Source: Candidatus Latescibacterota bacterium
Lineage (GTDB): Bacteria; Latescibacterota; UBA2968; UBA8231
DNA length: 64,000 nt
Assembly (NCBI GenBank): GCA_965261395.1
Contig: OZ253462.1
Location: forward strand, 2,560,001 to 2,624,000
Direction: 5' to 3'
Part shown: one piece after another, positions 39,397 through 49,399 of the stretch
How positions within the stretch are numbered: the first letter of the stretch is position 1
Layout: each line of letters starts with the position of its first letter
The notes under the pieces: generated by a model
Databases searched by the model: none
What the model was told of the DNA's origin: nothing
What the model saw: only the letters and a program-made list of their open reading frames with translations
Translations under genes and position numbers: made by a program

Positions 39397-39495
39397 ATTG
39401 GTATAGGGAACTACACCGCCGATTATCAGCGATCCCAGCGTTCCCACCACCAATGCACTTAGCCGCGGCTTGAATCCTGTATCTGCGTTGTTCAT
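39397..39495 (-). pseudogene. N-terminal fragment of a membrane protein interrupted by the IS
   Basis: MNNADTGFKPRLSALVVGTLGSLIIGGVVPYTN abuts the IS right end. Confidence 0.45.
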
Positions 39496-39591
39496 CCCTT
39501 GCTCTCGAACAAGAGGCGTGGTGGGGATCCAAACCGGATGACCCCTTGACGTCGGTGGAGTTTTCCGTCTCGCCGAGGAAATCCCGTTTCT

Positions 39592-40605
39592 CTAGTTTCC
39601 CACCTGCACCCCCTGCACCCCAAACACTTCTTTGAGAAAATTCTGCCCCATAAGCTCGTAGCCGGTGGCGTCCGGGTGGAGATTGTCCGGCAGGTATTCA
39701 GCGAGGCTTTCGTCAAAGAGCTTGAGACCGTCTATATAATAGATGGGGTCGTCACCGCGCCTTTTGAACGCTTCCACGGCTTCCGCAACCTCGACGCGCA
39801 TCTGCTCCAAGGTTAGGCCGACCGCGTTGGGCGTGGTCTCGCGGTCGTGCCCCCAAATCGGCGAGCAAACCGCAAACGGAGTGTGGGGATGGCCGTCGCG
39901 GATGGTGGCAATGGTGCCGAGGACGGCCGGGCGGAAGGCGCGCGGGCCGAGGCTGGCGGCACCGTGGATGTTGATGCCGATCTTGACCGAGATAAAGTCT
40001 GCGGGCAGGTCGCGGATCAGCCGGGCGATGAACGGGTCGGCGTGGCACTGGCCGCCGTAGCCCAACGACGTGAGATTGAAGTCCCGGGCGCGAGCTACCA
40101 CTCCGGGCCAAGTGGTGGCGGGCGATCCGGCGGTGCGGCAATGGGTGATAGAGCTGCCATACGTAATCCACTTCAGCCGAGTGTCTTCGCTTTTTTCGCA
40201 ATGTGCCCCCTCGGGCAATGCAATGTGGCGCAGGGCAACGGGCATGGCCGGCGACAGCCAGATCTCCAAGGATTTCTCGCCCGTCGGCAAGCCCTCAAAG
40301 CGAACTTCGGTCGCGCCAGCCGCATACGAAGCCGTAGCCGCTATCTGCCCGCCAATGCACAGGTCAAAGCGGCCGTCGTCGGCCAGCGGCTCGCAGCCGA
40401 CGACTAGTTCCTCGGCGTCCGTGGCCAAGCGCACGCGCACGCCCGAAGGCATCTCGGCCCGCTCGGCAAGGCCGCTCTCTCCGGGCGAGTACAGGTCCGC
40501 ATCCCCGTGGGGAATGCGCCAAGGCTTGACCCAGCCCGGTCTCTCTTCGAGTGAGATCGCACCGCTCCAAGTTAGGCGGGGATCGTTGGCAGCAATGGTT
40601 GGCAT
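39592..40605 (-). CDS. SGNH/GDSL hydrolase
   Basis: TYGSSITH, GYGG, GIN, DNLHP; start MPTIAAND at 40605 with AGGA RBS. Confidence 0.88.
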   Translation of the reverse strand: MPTIAANDPRLTWSGAISLEERPGWVKPWRIPHGDADLYSPGESGLAERAEMPSGVRVRLATDAEELVVGCEPLADDGRFDLCIGGQIAATASYAAGATEVRFEGLPTGEKSLEIWLSPAMPVALRHIALPEGAHCEKSEDTRLKWITYGSSITHCRTAGSPATTWPGVVARARDFNLTSLGYGGQCHADPFIARLIRDLPADFISVKIGINIHGAASLGPRAFRPAVLGTIATIRDGHPHTPFAVCSPIWGHDRETTPNAVGLTLEQMRVEVAEAVEAFKRRGDDPIYYIDGLKLFDESLAEYLPDNLHPDATGYELMGQNFLKEVFGVQGVQVGN

Positions 40606-40771
40606 AGGCGTCCTTTCTGGGTTGGGGGCACTGGTATAGGCGCGGTGGCTGGAGCAATATAGCGGCATGGGCAAGGGGGGAGCAACCGGCGAGCCGATGA
40701 TCTGCTCGACTATAAATCGCACTTGGTGCGCTGTGCCGCGTTCGTCTAACACAATCTATCCGGGAGTATCC

Positions 40772-42257
40772 ATGCTTAAATTCATCGCTTTTGCCGTCCT
40801 GCTAGCCGTCCACGTCGCCCAAGCACAGATCCCCGCTGGCGGCATCCCTTTGACCCAAGGCGACTTTCTCCACTCGGCCCGCGTACCCAACGCCGCCAAC
40901 CATGCCCGCAGTCAGGTCGTAGAGGTCGAGCACGCATCATTTACCCAAGCCCTGCGCATCGAAGTTCTGCACGAGGCGGGCGATCCTTGGAGCGTCGAAA
41001 TTGGCAACCCCACGGCCCTTGCAGTACAAAAGGGCGATGTCGCCCTGATCCACTTTTGGGCGCGGGGAATCGAGTCGAGCGACGAGACCGGCGAAGTCTA
41101 TGCCACCGTCTATGCCCAGAAAGCCGCGCCCGATTGGGACAAATCGCTCTACAAGGGGTTCAGTGTAGGGCTTGCTTGGCGCGAGTTCTTTTATTCGTTT
41201 GAATTTATCGACCAGTACGACGCCGGCGCGGCCGCGATCAACTTCGGCGTTGGCAGTCGTCGCCAGACCATTGAAATCGCCGGCTTTGAAGTCCTGCACT
41301 ACGGCAGCAGCTTATCCGTGAGCGACCTGCCCCAGACCCGCTTGACCTACGTCGGCCGCGCCCCGGACGCCGCTTGGCGACAGAGTGCTGAGGAGCGCAT
41401 CAGGCAGCACCGCCAAGGCGATTTCACGCTGCAAATCATCGACTCGGCTGGCCAGCCAGTGGCCGATGCCCCAGTCGAAGTCACTATGCAGCGCCACGCC
41501 TTCCTCTTTGGCTCGGCCCTGCAGATGTGGCGGCTGACCAGCGAGACGGACGAAAATCAGACCTATCGCGCTAAGGTCAAAGAACTCTTCAACGCCGCCG
41601 CCAACGAGAACGCCCTCAAATGGCCGCCTTGGGATGGCGACTGGGGCCAGACCAATTTCAGTCGCGCAAAGACGCTGGCCGGATTTGCTTGGCTCAAGGA
41701 CCATGGTTTTCACCGCCGTGGCCACGTCTTGGTCTGGCCTGGCTGGCGCAATCTGCCCCAAAGCATCAACGATATGGCCGACCAAGCAGACGCGGCCACG
41801 GCTATTCCCCCGCGCATCATTGACCATCACCGAATTCGATATCAACACAACCGACCAAGCGCTGCTCAATGATTATACCCGCGACTTTATGACCGTCGTC
41901 TTCAGCCACCCGGCAGTCGTCGGTTTGCAGTGGTGGGGTTTTTGGGAAAAGGCCCACTGGCGGCCCAACGCCGCCCTGTACAACGCCGACTGGAGTCCTA
42001 GACCCCACGCACAGATCTACAAGGATTTGGTTTTTGATCAGTGGTGGACCCGCCAGCAGGGTAAAACCAGCGCCGACGGGCAATTCAGCGGCCGAGGTTT
42101 TTACGGCTCTTACCAAGTAGAAGTTCGCCTCGGCGACGAAGTATTCACCGCGCCCTTTGCCCTCGAAGCCGATATGGAAACCGTCACCATCCGCCTAGAG
42201 GTCGCGACCACTATCCGCGATACGGAGGCACAACCCGCTCGGTTCAATCTCGAATAG
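40772..42257 (+). pseudogene. GH10 xylanase-like protein with internal deletion
   Basis: Signal peptide, CBM-like region, NENALKW, RGHVLVW, then jumps out of frame near 41825 to ITEFD...WGFW; the WDVxNE segment is absent. Confidence 0.8.
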
Positions 42258-42305
42258 AGAGCACCGATTTCCACCTTGAGATGGGCTTTCCCGCGAGTAT
42301 GGAGA

Positions 42306-43142
42306 TCAGCCCACCCGCGGCCGGACCACAGTTTCGCCGTCGGCTTCCACCAGCGGCCGGTTGTAGATATAGGGGGGTTCGAGCACGGCCTGTTGCGCCT
42401 CGGTCAGCTCGCCGACCCATTCCGGCTGGCTGGTTTGGTAGGTGCCGCCGGCAAAGTGCAAATACTTGGGCGAGTAGCGGTAGAGCAGGGACCGCCGCTC
42501 GTGCTCGGCCGTCCACGGGAGCGTGCCGTGCAGGGTCGCCTCATTGAAGATGACCATGTCGCCGGTTTTGCAGGGGACGTTGTACACGACTTCGCGGTGC
42601 TCCTGCCAGTGGCAAATTTTTTGCGGCAGCGGGAAGTTGGCCTTGTGGCTGCCTGGGATCACGCACAGCCCGCCGTCGCCCTCGTTGACGTCGGCAAGCT
42701 GGAACTGGCAGACGATCATGCCGCAGCGCATCTGGTCGTTGGCATAAGCGTAGTACTGCGAGCCATTGAAGTGGCGGCTGGTCGAGCCGTGGAGGATCAG
42801 GCCCTCGGCTCCCTTGCCGCCGCAGAGCATGAAGGGCGAGTGGTCCATCTTCCAGCCGCGGCCAAAGAGCGCGTCGAGATAGGGGATGAGCTTTTTGTGC
42901 GCCAAGAGAGCGCGGAAGGGCAGGCAGTGGGGTTTTTCCCATTCGAGCATCCCCGCGAACATGCCGCGCCGCCGGCCATTGAGCGCGTCGCTGCCGCCGG
43001 TATTGTGATTGCCGTCTTCGCCGCGCTTGTCCTCATTGGCGTCAAAGGCCGCGTTGAGTGCATCGACTTCGGCAGGGGTGAGGAAGTCGGGGACCTTCAG
43101 GAAACCCTGGAGGTCGAAGAGGAATTTCTCCGTGTCATTCAT
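42306..43142 (-). CDS. PhyH-family protein, HGS variant
   Basis: FLFDLQGF, LHGST, GGLCVIPGSHKAN, FNEATLHGTLPW. Confidence 0.87.
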   Translation of the reverse strand: MNDTEKFLFDLQGFLKVPDFLTPAEVDALNAAFDANEDKRGEDGNHNTGGSDALNGRRRGMFAGMLEWEKPHCLPFRALLAHKKLIPYLDALFGRGWKMDHSPFMLCGGKGAEGLILHGSTSRHFNGSQYYAYANDQMRCGMIVCQFQLADVNEGDGGLCVIPGSHKANFPLPQKICHWQEHREVVYNVPCKTGDMVIFNEATLHGTLPWTAEHERRSLLYRYSPKYLHFAGGTYQTSQPEWVGELTEAQQAVLEPPYIYNRPLVEADGETVVRPRVG

Positions 43143-43940
43143 CTAATAATACGTCTCCGCGTTGTGCACCGGGTCGTAGCCGACTTCGCGCCGGGGCGTT
43201 TCAATGTCAAAGATGTTATAGGTGTTGTCCGAGATCGCAAAGTAATGCGCGCCACTGGGCAGGTCGCCGGCGCAATGCCGCTGGAAGCAGGCGTGGACCA
43301 GGCGGGCGGCGTCCTCTTGGTGGCACCAGACGGCAAAGTAGCCCCGCTCCGCTACGTGGACCTCGTTTTGCGCATTGACGCCGCCCCAGCGCATGGCAAC
43401 CGCGCTGTGTCCCTGGTCGGCGACCTTTTGCGCCCACTCTTCCACGTGGGCTTTTTCGCGTCCGTAGTCGTTGATTGGATGCGCGGGCACGGCCGCGGAA
43501 ATCCGCTCGGGCCAATCGGTTATCTGGTCAAACTGCCGCTCGGCTAGGGTCCAATAGAAACCCGGCTGGTGAAAGTTGTACAGACCATCGACCGCGTGAA
43601 CCGAGCTGGAGCCGACAATCATCGGCGGCTCGTCTTGAGCCAACACCGCTGCAAAAACCAAATCGGTCATCCGGTTCATGGCCGCCAAGCCACCGCCTCG
43701 GGCCAGATAGACGACCAAGTCGCACCCGGGGATCAGGGCGCGAAATTCATCCGGCGACTCCGTAATATCGAGCTCGATAAAATCCCCGCCGGCATCCGGC
43801 TCGGTCGCCTTGTCCGGCGCGCCGGGCAAATCCACGGAAACCATGCGGTAGCGCGGGTCGAGTCGCGGCATATAGGTCCGCAGGCCCGAGCCAATCGTGC
43901 CGCGCCCACCGATGAGCAAAACCTTGTATTCTGACGCCAT
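43143..43940 (-). CDS. NAD-dependent epimerase/dehydratase
   Basis: GGRGTIG, GSSSVHAV, YGREK. Confidence 0.8.
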   Translation of the reverse strand: MASEYKVLLIGGRGTIGSGLRTYMPRLDPRYRMVSVDLPGAPDKATEPDAGGDFIELDITESPDEFRALIPGCDLVVYLARGGGLAAMNRMTDLVFAAVLAQDEPPMIVGSSSVHAVDGLYNFHQPGFYWTLAERQFDQITDWPERISAAVPAHPINDYGREKAHVEEWAQKVADQGHSAVAMRWGGVNAQNEVHVAERGYFAVWCHQEDAARLVHACFQRHCAGDLPSGAHYFAISDNTYNIFDIETPRREVGYDPVHNAETYY

Positions 43941-44012
43941 GCAATTCCTCCTTTTGCGGGGGCAAACCTAAGCGACGGCCCGCCGATAGACCAGCTTTTC
44001 TCGCGAGACGCT

Positions 44013-44747
44013 TCAGTACGCCCAATCCTCGTGTGCGAGCGGCTGCTGGTTCAGTTCATCCCGATGAACGCGCCACTGAGGCATGAACTTGTCCATCAGC
44101 TTGCGAAAACGCTCGTTGTGCTGGCGCTCGATCAGGTGGACCATTTCGTGGACGAGGACGAACTCCAAGCACGAAGTCGGCTTCTTGGCCAGTTCGAGGT
44201 TTAACCAGATGCGCTTGGCTTCGATATTACAGGAGCCCCAGAGGGTCTTCATTTTTTTGATCCGCACCTCATCAACCGCCACCCCAACCTTCTGCTCCCA
44301 TTTGACGCACAACTCCGGCAATTGGTCGCGGAGTTGACGGCGATACCACTGCTCCAGTACCGCCTCCTTTGCGTCCCGGTCGGTGCCCGGACGGACGCGC
44401 AACGCCATCTTTGCGTTGTTGAGCAGACGAACCGCCGGGGGACCGTCGTGCTCGACCACGTCGAGCCGATAGCGCCGACCCCGGAAGTAATGGCTCTCGC
44501 CGGCCACGAACTCGCGCTGGGACTGGCGATCTTGTTGGGCAAATTCGGCCTGCTTCCGGCGAATCCATCCCAAGCGCGAAATGACGGCCAGCCGCACGGC
44601 GTCATCGTCGAGCCACAGCGGTGCGGCCACCCGCACCCGACCGCCCGGCGGATAGACGCCTATGTGGAGGTTCTTGATGCTCTTGCGGACGACCTCTACC
44701 GGGATTCCTCGGATGTCGATGCGGCGGCCTCTGACCTTAGTAGTCAC
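44013..44747 (-). CDS. YgjP/DUF45 (M48/SprT-like) metalloprotein linked to type I RM
   Basis: MKTLWGSC, VLVHEMVHLIERQHNERF; overlaps hsdR end. Confidence 0.88.
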   Translation of the reverse strand: MTTKVRGRRIDIRGIPVEVVRKSIKNLHIGVYPPGGRVRVAAPLWLDDDAVRLAVISRLGWIRRKQAEFAQQDRQSQREFVAGESHYFRGRRYRLDVVEHDGPPAVRLLNNAKMALRVRPGTDRDAKEAVLEQWYRRQLRDQLPELCVKWEQKVGVAVDEVRIKKMKTLWGSCNIEAKRIWLNLELAKKPTSCLEFVLVHEMVHLIERQHNERFRKLMDKFMPQWRVHRDELNQQPLAHEDWAY

Positions 44748-47700
44748 GCTGTGCCTTCACGATCTCGAATATCGCGTTCACGAGGCTCTCGTTGCCGCCG
44801 AGTTCTGCGTGGATAGCGTTGAGGACCTCGCGTTCCTTGACTTTGTGTCCCCGCCAGTCCGCCTTCTTCACTCGACGGATGGCGCGATCTAGAGCGAGCG
44901 CTTTCGCCTCCCTGACATCGACGTCCAGCTCAGTGCCAAGTGGCTCTCTGGCTGCCGGAACCAGCACTACCAAGTTGTCGAACAGCGCTCTCAATGCCGC
45001 GTTGTTGATGCTAACAGGATAGGATGCTTGGGTTTCTGGCCGGTTGATCTTTCTGGTCAGATCAACGATCTGCGCCAGGTACTCCTTGTAGTCGATCGCC
45101 TCTTGCTTGCGTTGGCGGACCAGGGCTTCCAGCAGCTCCGACATGTTCTCGTAGTACTTGGGATTGACTTCCGTCTCGTCGATGATGAGTCGCCGGACAT
45201 TGTTTTCAATCGTCTCGGCCACCGCCGCACGGCTCTTGCGGATACCTGCGGGCAGCGCTTCGACCGCCTCTTCCCCGCGCTCAACAATCAGTTGCACGAG
45301 CGTCAAATCGTCGAATCCCGATAGCTGCTCACTCTCTTCGGCGCGGATGTACGTATCGAGCAGGTGCCGCATGGCTGGCTCGTACACCTTCAGGTCAATG
45401 TAGTCCCCGCTGGCCAGCTTGATCTCCTGGCGCACCTTCTCGTAGTGATCCACTTCGGCTTTGATCTCCTGCGCTTCGGCGTCGGAATAGCCAGCTTCGC
45501 GCATCTCGTTGGCCAAGTTGGCGTAAGCTCGCAGGAATGCTGCGACTTGCTTGTAGAACGCCACGCGCTTTGGCTCATTGTTTTTGAGTTGGCGAGCGTT
45601 ACTGGCAGTGCAGAAGTAGTGCAAATAGGCCGCAGTATCGTGCGGCGGTTCGACCGGCTCGCACAGCGCCTTGGTCGCCTCGCGTCTTTCCTCTAGCCGC
45701 TTCCGCCCCTGTTGGAGCCGGTCCTTCAGCAGGCCCTCCACATCGGCCTTGTCGTACCCGTCGAATGCCTCGCCCGTGTAGTCCTTAATGGACTGCTCCA
45801 GCGACCGGAACAGGTCTTTGTAGTCGATGACGTAGCCGTATTCCTTGTCGTCGCCGTCGAGGCGGTTGACCCGGCAGATGGCCTGGAATAGGCCGTGGTC
45901 CTGCATCTGCTTGTCGATGTAGAGATAGGTCGCCGATGGGGCGTCAAAGCCGGTCAGCAGCTTATCTACCACGATTAAGAGCTTCATCTGTCCCGGCTCG
46001 TCGATGAAGCGCTTTTTTACTTCCTGCTCAAAGCGCTCGACTTTGTGCATGGCCGTTTCTTCCGGCTCGTTGAAGTACGTCGCCAGCATCTTTCGGTAGG
46101 CGTCGTACTGGCGCAGCTTCTCCGTTAGCCCCTCGCCGGTCTCCTCCCCTTTAATGTCCGCCGAGGTTGGCCTGTACGAGGTGACAATGGCGCATTTGCC
46201 CGTCAGCTCGGTCTGCTGAAACATGTCGAAGAAGCGGCAAGCTGAGTAGATGCTGCCGGAGACGAGCATGGCGTTGCCGCGGCCGCTCTTGAGGCGGTCG
46301 TACCTCTCCATGTCGAGTAGGATGTCGGCGACGATTTTATCCAGCCGATCCTGCGCGCTCAGGACTCTTTGCATCGTGCCCCAGCGCTGCTTGAGCTGAG
46401 CCTTGGCCACATCCGTCAGCCCACGGGTCTTGATGTCGAACCACTGATCGATCTTGGCCTGCGAGGTAATGTTCTGGTCGATGTCGCGCGCCTCGTAGCG
46501 CAAGTCCAGCACCACGCCGTCGCCCACGGCCTCGTCGTACTTGTAGGCGTGGATGTACGGCCCGAAGGTTTCGATACTCCGTTGCTTGTCGCTTTTGAGT
46601 AGCGGCGTCCCGGTGAAGCCGATTAGCATGGCTCCCGGCAGCAGCGCCTTCATCGCGTCGTGGAGCTTGCCGGACTGGGTGCGGTGGCACTCATCTACGA
46701 AGACGAATATATCGCCCTTGGCGTGGAAGTTGGTTGGCAGGTGACTGCGGATGTCCTCGACGAACTGATCGACGTCGCCTTCTTCGGACGCGCCGAATTT
46801 GTGGATTAGCGAAGCGATCAGCCATTCGTCGCTAGTGTTGAGCACGCGCACCAAGTCGGCACCGCTTTTCGTGCGATGGAGGTCCTCGCTGACGCCCTTG
46901 AAGACCTTCTCGATCTGCTCGTCCAGTTCGGTGCGGTCGGTGATGAGTAATACCCGAGGGTCTGTGACGTGCTCGCGGATCCACTTGGCCAGCCAGACCA
47001 TAGTCAGGCTTTTGCCGCTGCCTTGGGTATGCCAGACGATGCCGCCCTCGCGGCGCTGCACGCGAGCCTGCGCCGCCTTCACGCCGAAGTACTGGTTGTG
47101 GCGGCAGATCTTTTTGACGCCCGCATCGAAGACGACGAAATCGTGGATGATTTCCAGCAGCCGCTCCTTGCCGCAGAGTTGGCTCAACTCCCGGAGCAGC
47201 GGATTGTCGTCAGCACTCGGATGGGCCTCGGCTTCCTTCCAGTGCAGCCAGTACTTCTCCGACGTCTCGATCACGCCGTAGCGCAGCCCTTCGGTGTCGT
47301 TGCCCGCCATCACGAGTTGCACGGTGGCGAAGAACGGCTGGATGAATTCCTTCTTTTGGCTGTCGAGGTTTTGGCGAATGCCCTCGGTCACTGACACTGT
47401 CGAGCGCTTCAGTTCCAGCACTCCCAAGGCGATGCCGTTGACGTAGAGCACAAGGTCGGGCCGCTTGGTATTCTCGCCGGAGACCGTCACCTCCTCGGCG
47501 ATGGCGAAGTCGTTGTTGCTGGGATTCTCCCAGTCGATCAGCCAGATGGTGACGGTCTGCTCACCCACGCCCGGCTGGGCCTTCACGCCGTAGCGGAGCA
47601 GTCCATAGACCTCGCGGTTGGCGTCGTAGAGCGTCTTGCTGCCGCCGAGCGCCGCTGCCTTATTCAGCTCGAACAGCGCCTTATCGATGATCTTATCGCT

Positions 47701-47862
47701 GTGCCCCTGGCGTTTGAGCCAGTCGGTGATATGCTCTCTCTCGACGTTGCGGTTGCCGGATCGGTCCTGCCAGGGACCGAGGTACCTGTATCCGAGCGCG
47801 TCCTGAAAGAACGCCACCACCCGCCGCTGGGTTTGGATTTCCCGTTGGCCGACGGCGCTCAT
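44737..47862 (-). CDS. hsdR: Type I RM restriction subunit R
   Basis: RPDLVLYVNG..LELK, WHTQGSGKS, DECHR, FTGTP, LTGFD, QAICRVNR. Confidence 0.95.
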   Translation of the reverse strand: MSAVGQREIQTQRRVVAFFQDALGYRYLGPWQDRSGNRNVEREHITDWLKRQGHSDKIIDKALFELNKAAALGGSKTLYDANREVYGLLRYGVKAQPGVGEQTVTIWLIDWENPSNNDFAIAEEVTVSGENTKRPDLVLYVNGIALGVLELKRSTVSVTEGIRQNLDSQKKEFIQPFFATVQLVMAGNDTEGLRYGVIETSEKYWLHWKEAEAHPSADDNPLLRELSQLCGKERLLEIIHDFVVFDAGVKKICRHNQYFGVKAAQARVQRREGGIVWHTQGSGKSLTMVWLAKWIREHVTDPRVLLITDRTELDEQIEKVFKGVSEDLHRTKSGADLVRVLNTSDEWLIASLIHKFGASEEGDVDQFVEDIRSHLPTNFHAKGDIFVFVDECHRTQSGKLHDAMKALLPGAMLIGFTGTPLLKSDKQRSIETFGPYIHAYKYDEAVGDGVVLDLRYEARDIDQNITSQAKIDQWFDIKTRGLTDVAKAQLKQRWGTMQRVLSAQDRLDKIVADILLDMERYDRLKSGRGNAMLVSGSIYSACRFFDMFQQTELTGKCAIVTSYRPTSADIKGEETGEGLTEKLRQYDAYRKMLATYFNEPEETAMHKVERFEQEVKKRFIDEPGQMKLLIVVDKLLTGFDAPSATYLYIDKQMQDHGLFQAICRVNRLDGDDKEYGYVIDYKDLFRSLEQSIKDYTGEAFDGYDKADVEGLLKDRLQQGRKRLEERREATKALCEPVEPPHDTAAYLHYFCTASNARQLKNNEPKRVAFYKQVAAFLRAYANLANEMREAGYSDAEAQEIKAEVDHYEKVRQEIKLASGDYIDLKVYEPAMRHLLDTYIRAEESEQLSGFDDLTLVQLIVERGEEAVEALPAGIRKSRAAVAETIENNVRRLIIDETEVNPKYYENMSELLEALVRQRKQEAIDYKEYLAQIVDLTRKINRPETQASYPVSINNAALRALFDNLVVLVPAAREPLGTELDVDVREAKALALDRAIRRVKKADWRGHKVKEREVLNAIHAELGGNESLVNAIFEIVKAQRDY

Positions 47863-49343
47863 GTCTGTGTACTCCCTGATTTTAGGCTCGCGAGCGCGAC
47901 ACTCCCCTTGTCCGTCAGCCGGTACCTCTGCAATGGACTCCTCGGTTTATCAGGGACAGTCATTTCTAGCAGTTCTTCTTGCAGGAGTCGCTCTAGCCAC
48001 ATCCTGAAATTTCTCGTTCGACCCGAATAGCTTGCAGCCGCTCGCAACTCTTTACTTGTAGCTGGTTGCTGAACACAGGCTTGCAACATGGCAACATCCC
48101 TGGCTGACAATGTAGCTTGGACCCCAGCTTGGACCCCAGCTTGGACCCCAGCTTGGACCCCAGCTTGATCCTGATCTAGCCGCGGCTCTACCAGCGATTC
48201 TGGCTCCCCTATGTGCTCTCGCGCCTTGTCCAAGTACGCGGCAGAGAACGGGAACCTCAACCACAAACCGTCGCCGCTAGATTGTAGCTTCCATTCTGGT
48301 GCGGGGTTGCCAACCTCTTTGCACATTTCCGCAATTCGCCGGATGCCTCGTCCCCAAGCTTCGATCATTCCGGCTCGGAAGAATGCGTAGGCGATTCGCG
48401 GGTTATACGGCTTTGACGAAAGTTCCCCAGCAAGTTGATCGGCGACCCATTCAGACGGCAACTGCACCGCATTCCAGATCGCGATACGGTCGTCGTACAC
48501 GCGAATCTGAATTGTGGTAGGACTAGCGTAATCCCGGTGAATGATGGCGTTGATCACCGCTTCGCGCATGGCTTCGCGCGGCACGGGAAAGGTCTCCACG
48601 CGATAGACGCCGTCATAGGAAATCAATGCCTTCGTGTACTTCGTGTACAGCAAGTCCATCGTCCGATCGACCTGAGTAAACAAGTCGCCTTCGATTACAT
48701 CCTGATACAGTAGCTCCGAACCTCGGAAATAGCCGATTTTCACATAGGCTTCCATCACGAATCGGTCCGGCGCTGGATGAAAGAGCAGTACCGCGGCGCG
48801 CTTCAGATAACCCGCCTCTCGCAACTGAAGCCTTTCGATCACTCCCTCATCAGATTCGTCCAAGATGTCCTGCGGCAACCGTTCGCTGTCGGCACCCCGT
48901 TGGCGAAACCCATCAAAGACGCGACCGTCCAAGTCCTTGAGGCCGACGCCCGGCAGGGGCACGTCGTCCCACGTTCGGCCGTATTTCTGCAACAGGAAGC
49001 GGCTAAGTGCCGCGCCTCTGAGAACCTGCTTGGTGCTGCCGCTTCGATAGTGGAATTCGCCTTTGTAGCTGATTGGATTCGGGTAGGGATCAACCGCGAT
49101 TTCCAGATATTCCCCGCCGTCTTCCGACTTCAGGTTCACGTCCACCACGACGCCGAGCAATGCCTGCGCCTTGTTGGGGATCTCTTCGAGCAGTCGGAGA
49201 ATATTCTTCACTCCGACCACCTCACCCCGGTCATTCTTGCCGATTTCCAGTACGCCGCCCTGAGCGTTGGCGAAGCCGCAGACCCATTTTAGATGCTCGT
49301 CCCGCCATGTCTCTTTCCATTCGATGTTCTGGTTCTCGCTCAT
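47859..49343 (-). CDS. AlbA_2 (Schlafen-like) + HATPase_c_4 + HTH protein
   Basis: ENQNIEWKE...GFANAQGG, REAVINAIIHRDY, IEAWGRG, C-terminal PDKPRSPLQRYRLT. Confidence 0.82.
   Translation of the reverse strand: MSENQNIEWKETWRDEHLKWVCGFANAQGGVLEIGKNDRGEVVGVKNILRLLEEIPNKAQALLGVVVDVNLKSEDGGEYLEIAVDPYPNPISYKGEFHYRSGSTKQVLRGAALSRFLLQKYGRTWDDVPLPGVGLKDLDGRVFDGFRQRGADSERLPQDILDESDEGVIERLQLREAGYLKRAAVLLFHPAPDRFVMEAYVKIGYFRGSELLYQDVIEGDLFTQVDRTMDLLYTKYTKALISYDGVYRVETFPVPREAMREAVINAIIHRDYASPTTIQIRVYDDRIAIWNAVQLPSEWVADQLAGELSSKPYNPRIAYAFFRAGMIEAWGRGIRRIAEMCKEVGNPAPEWKLQSSGDGLWLRFPFSAAYLDKAREHIGEPESLVEPRLDQDQAGVQAGVQAGVQAGVQATLSARDVAMLQACVQQPATSKELRAAASYSGRTRNFRMWLERLLQEELLEMTVPDKPRSPLQRYRLTDKGSVALASLKSGSTQT
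48114..48167. repeat. 12-bp tandem repeat (4.5 copies; QAGV)
   Basis: AGCTTGGACCCC x4 plus AGCTTG. Confidence 0.95.
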
Positions 49344-49399
49344 GTCGTCGTCTGGTGTTGGTCTCTAATGCGTAAGAATTTTCCGTTGGCAGCCCATGC

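Noticed and set aside
42276-43547. 423-aa plus-strand ORF
   Set aside because: Antisense to the PhyH and epimerase genes; typical high-GC shadow
48114-48167. CRISPR array
   Set aside because: Contiguous 12-mers without spacers inside a CDS; no cas genes in the window
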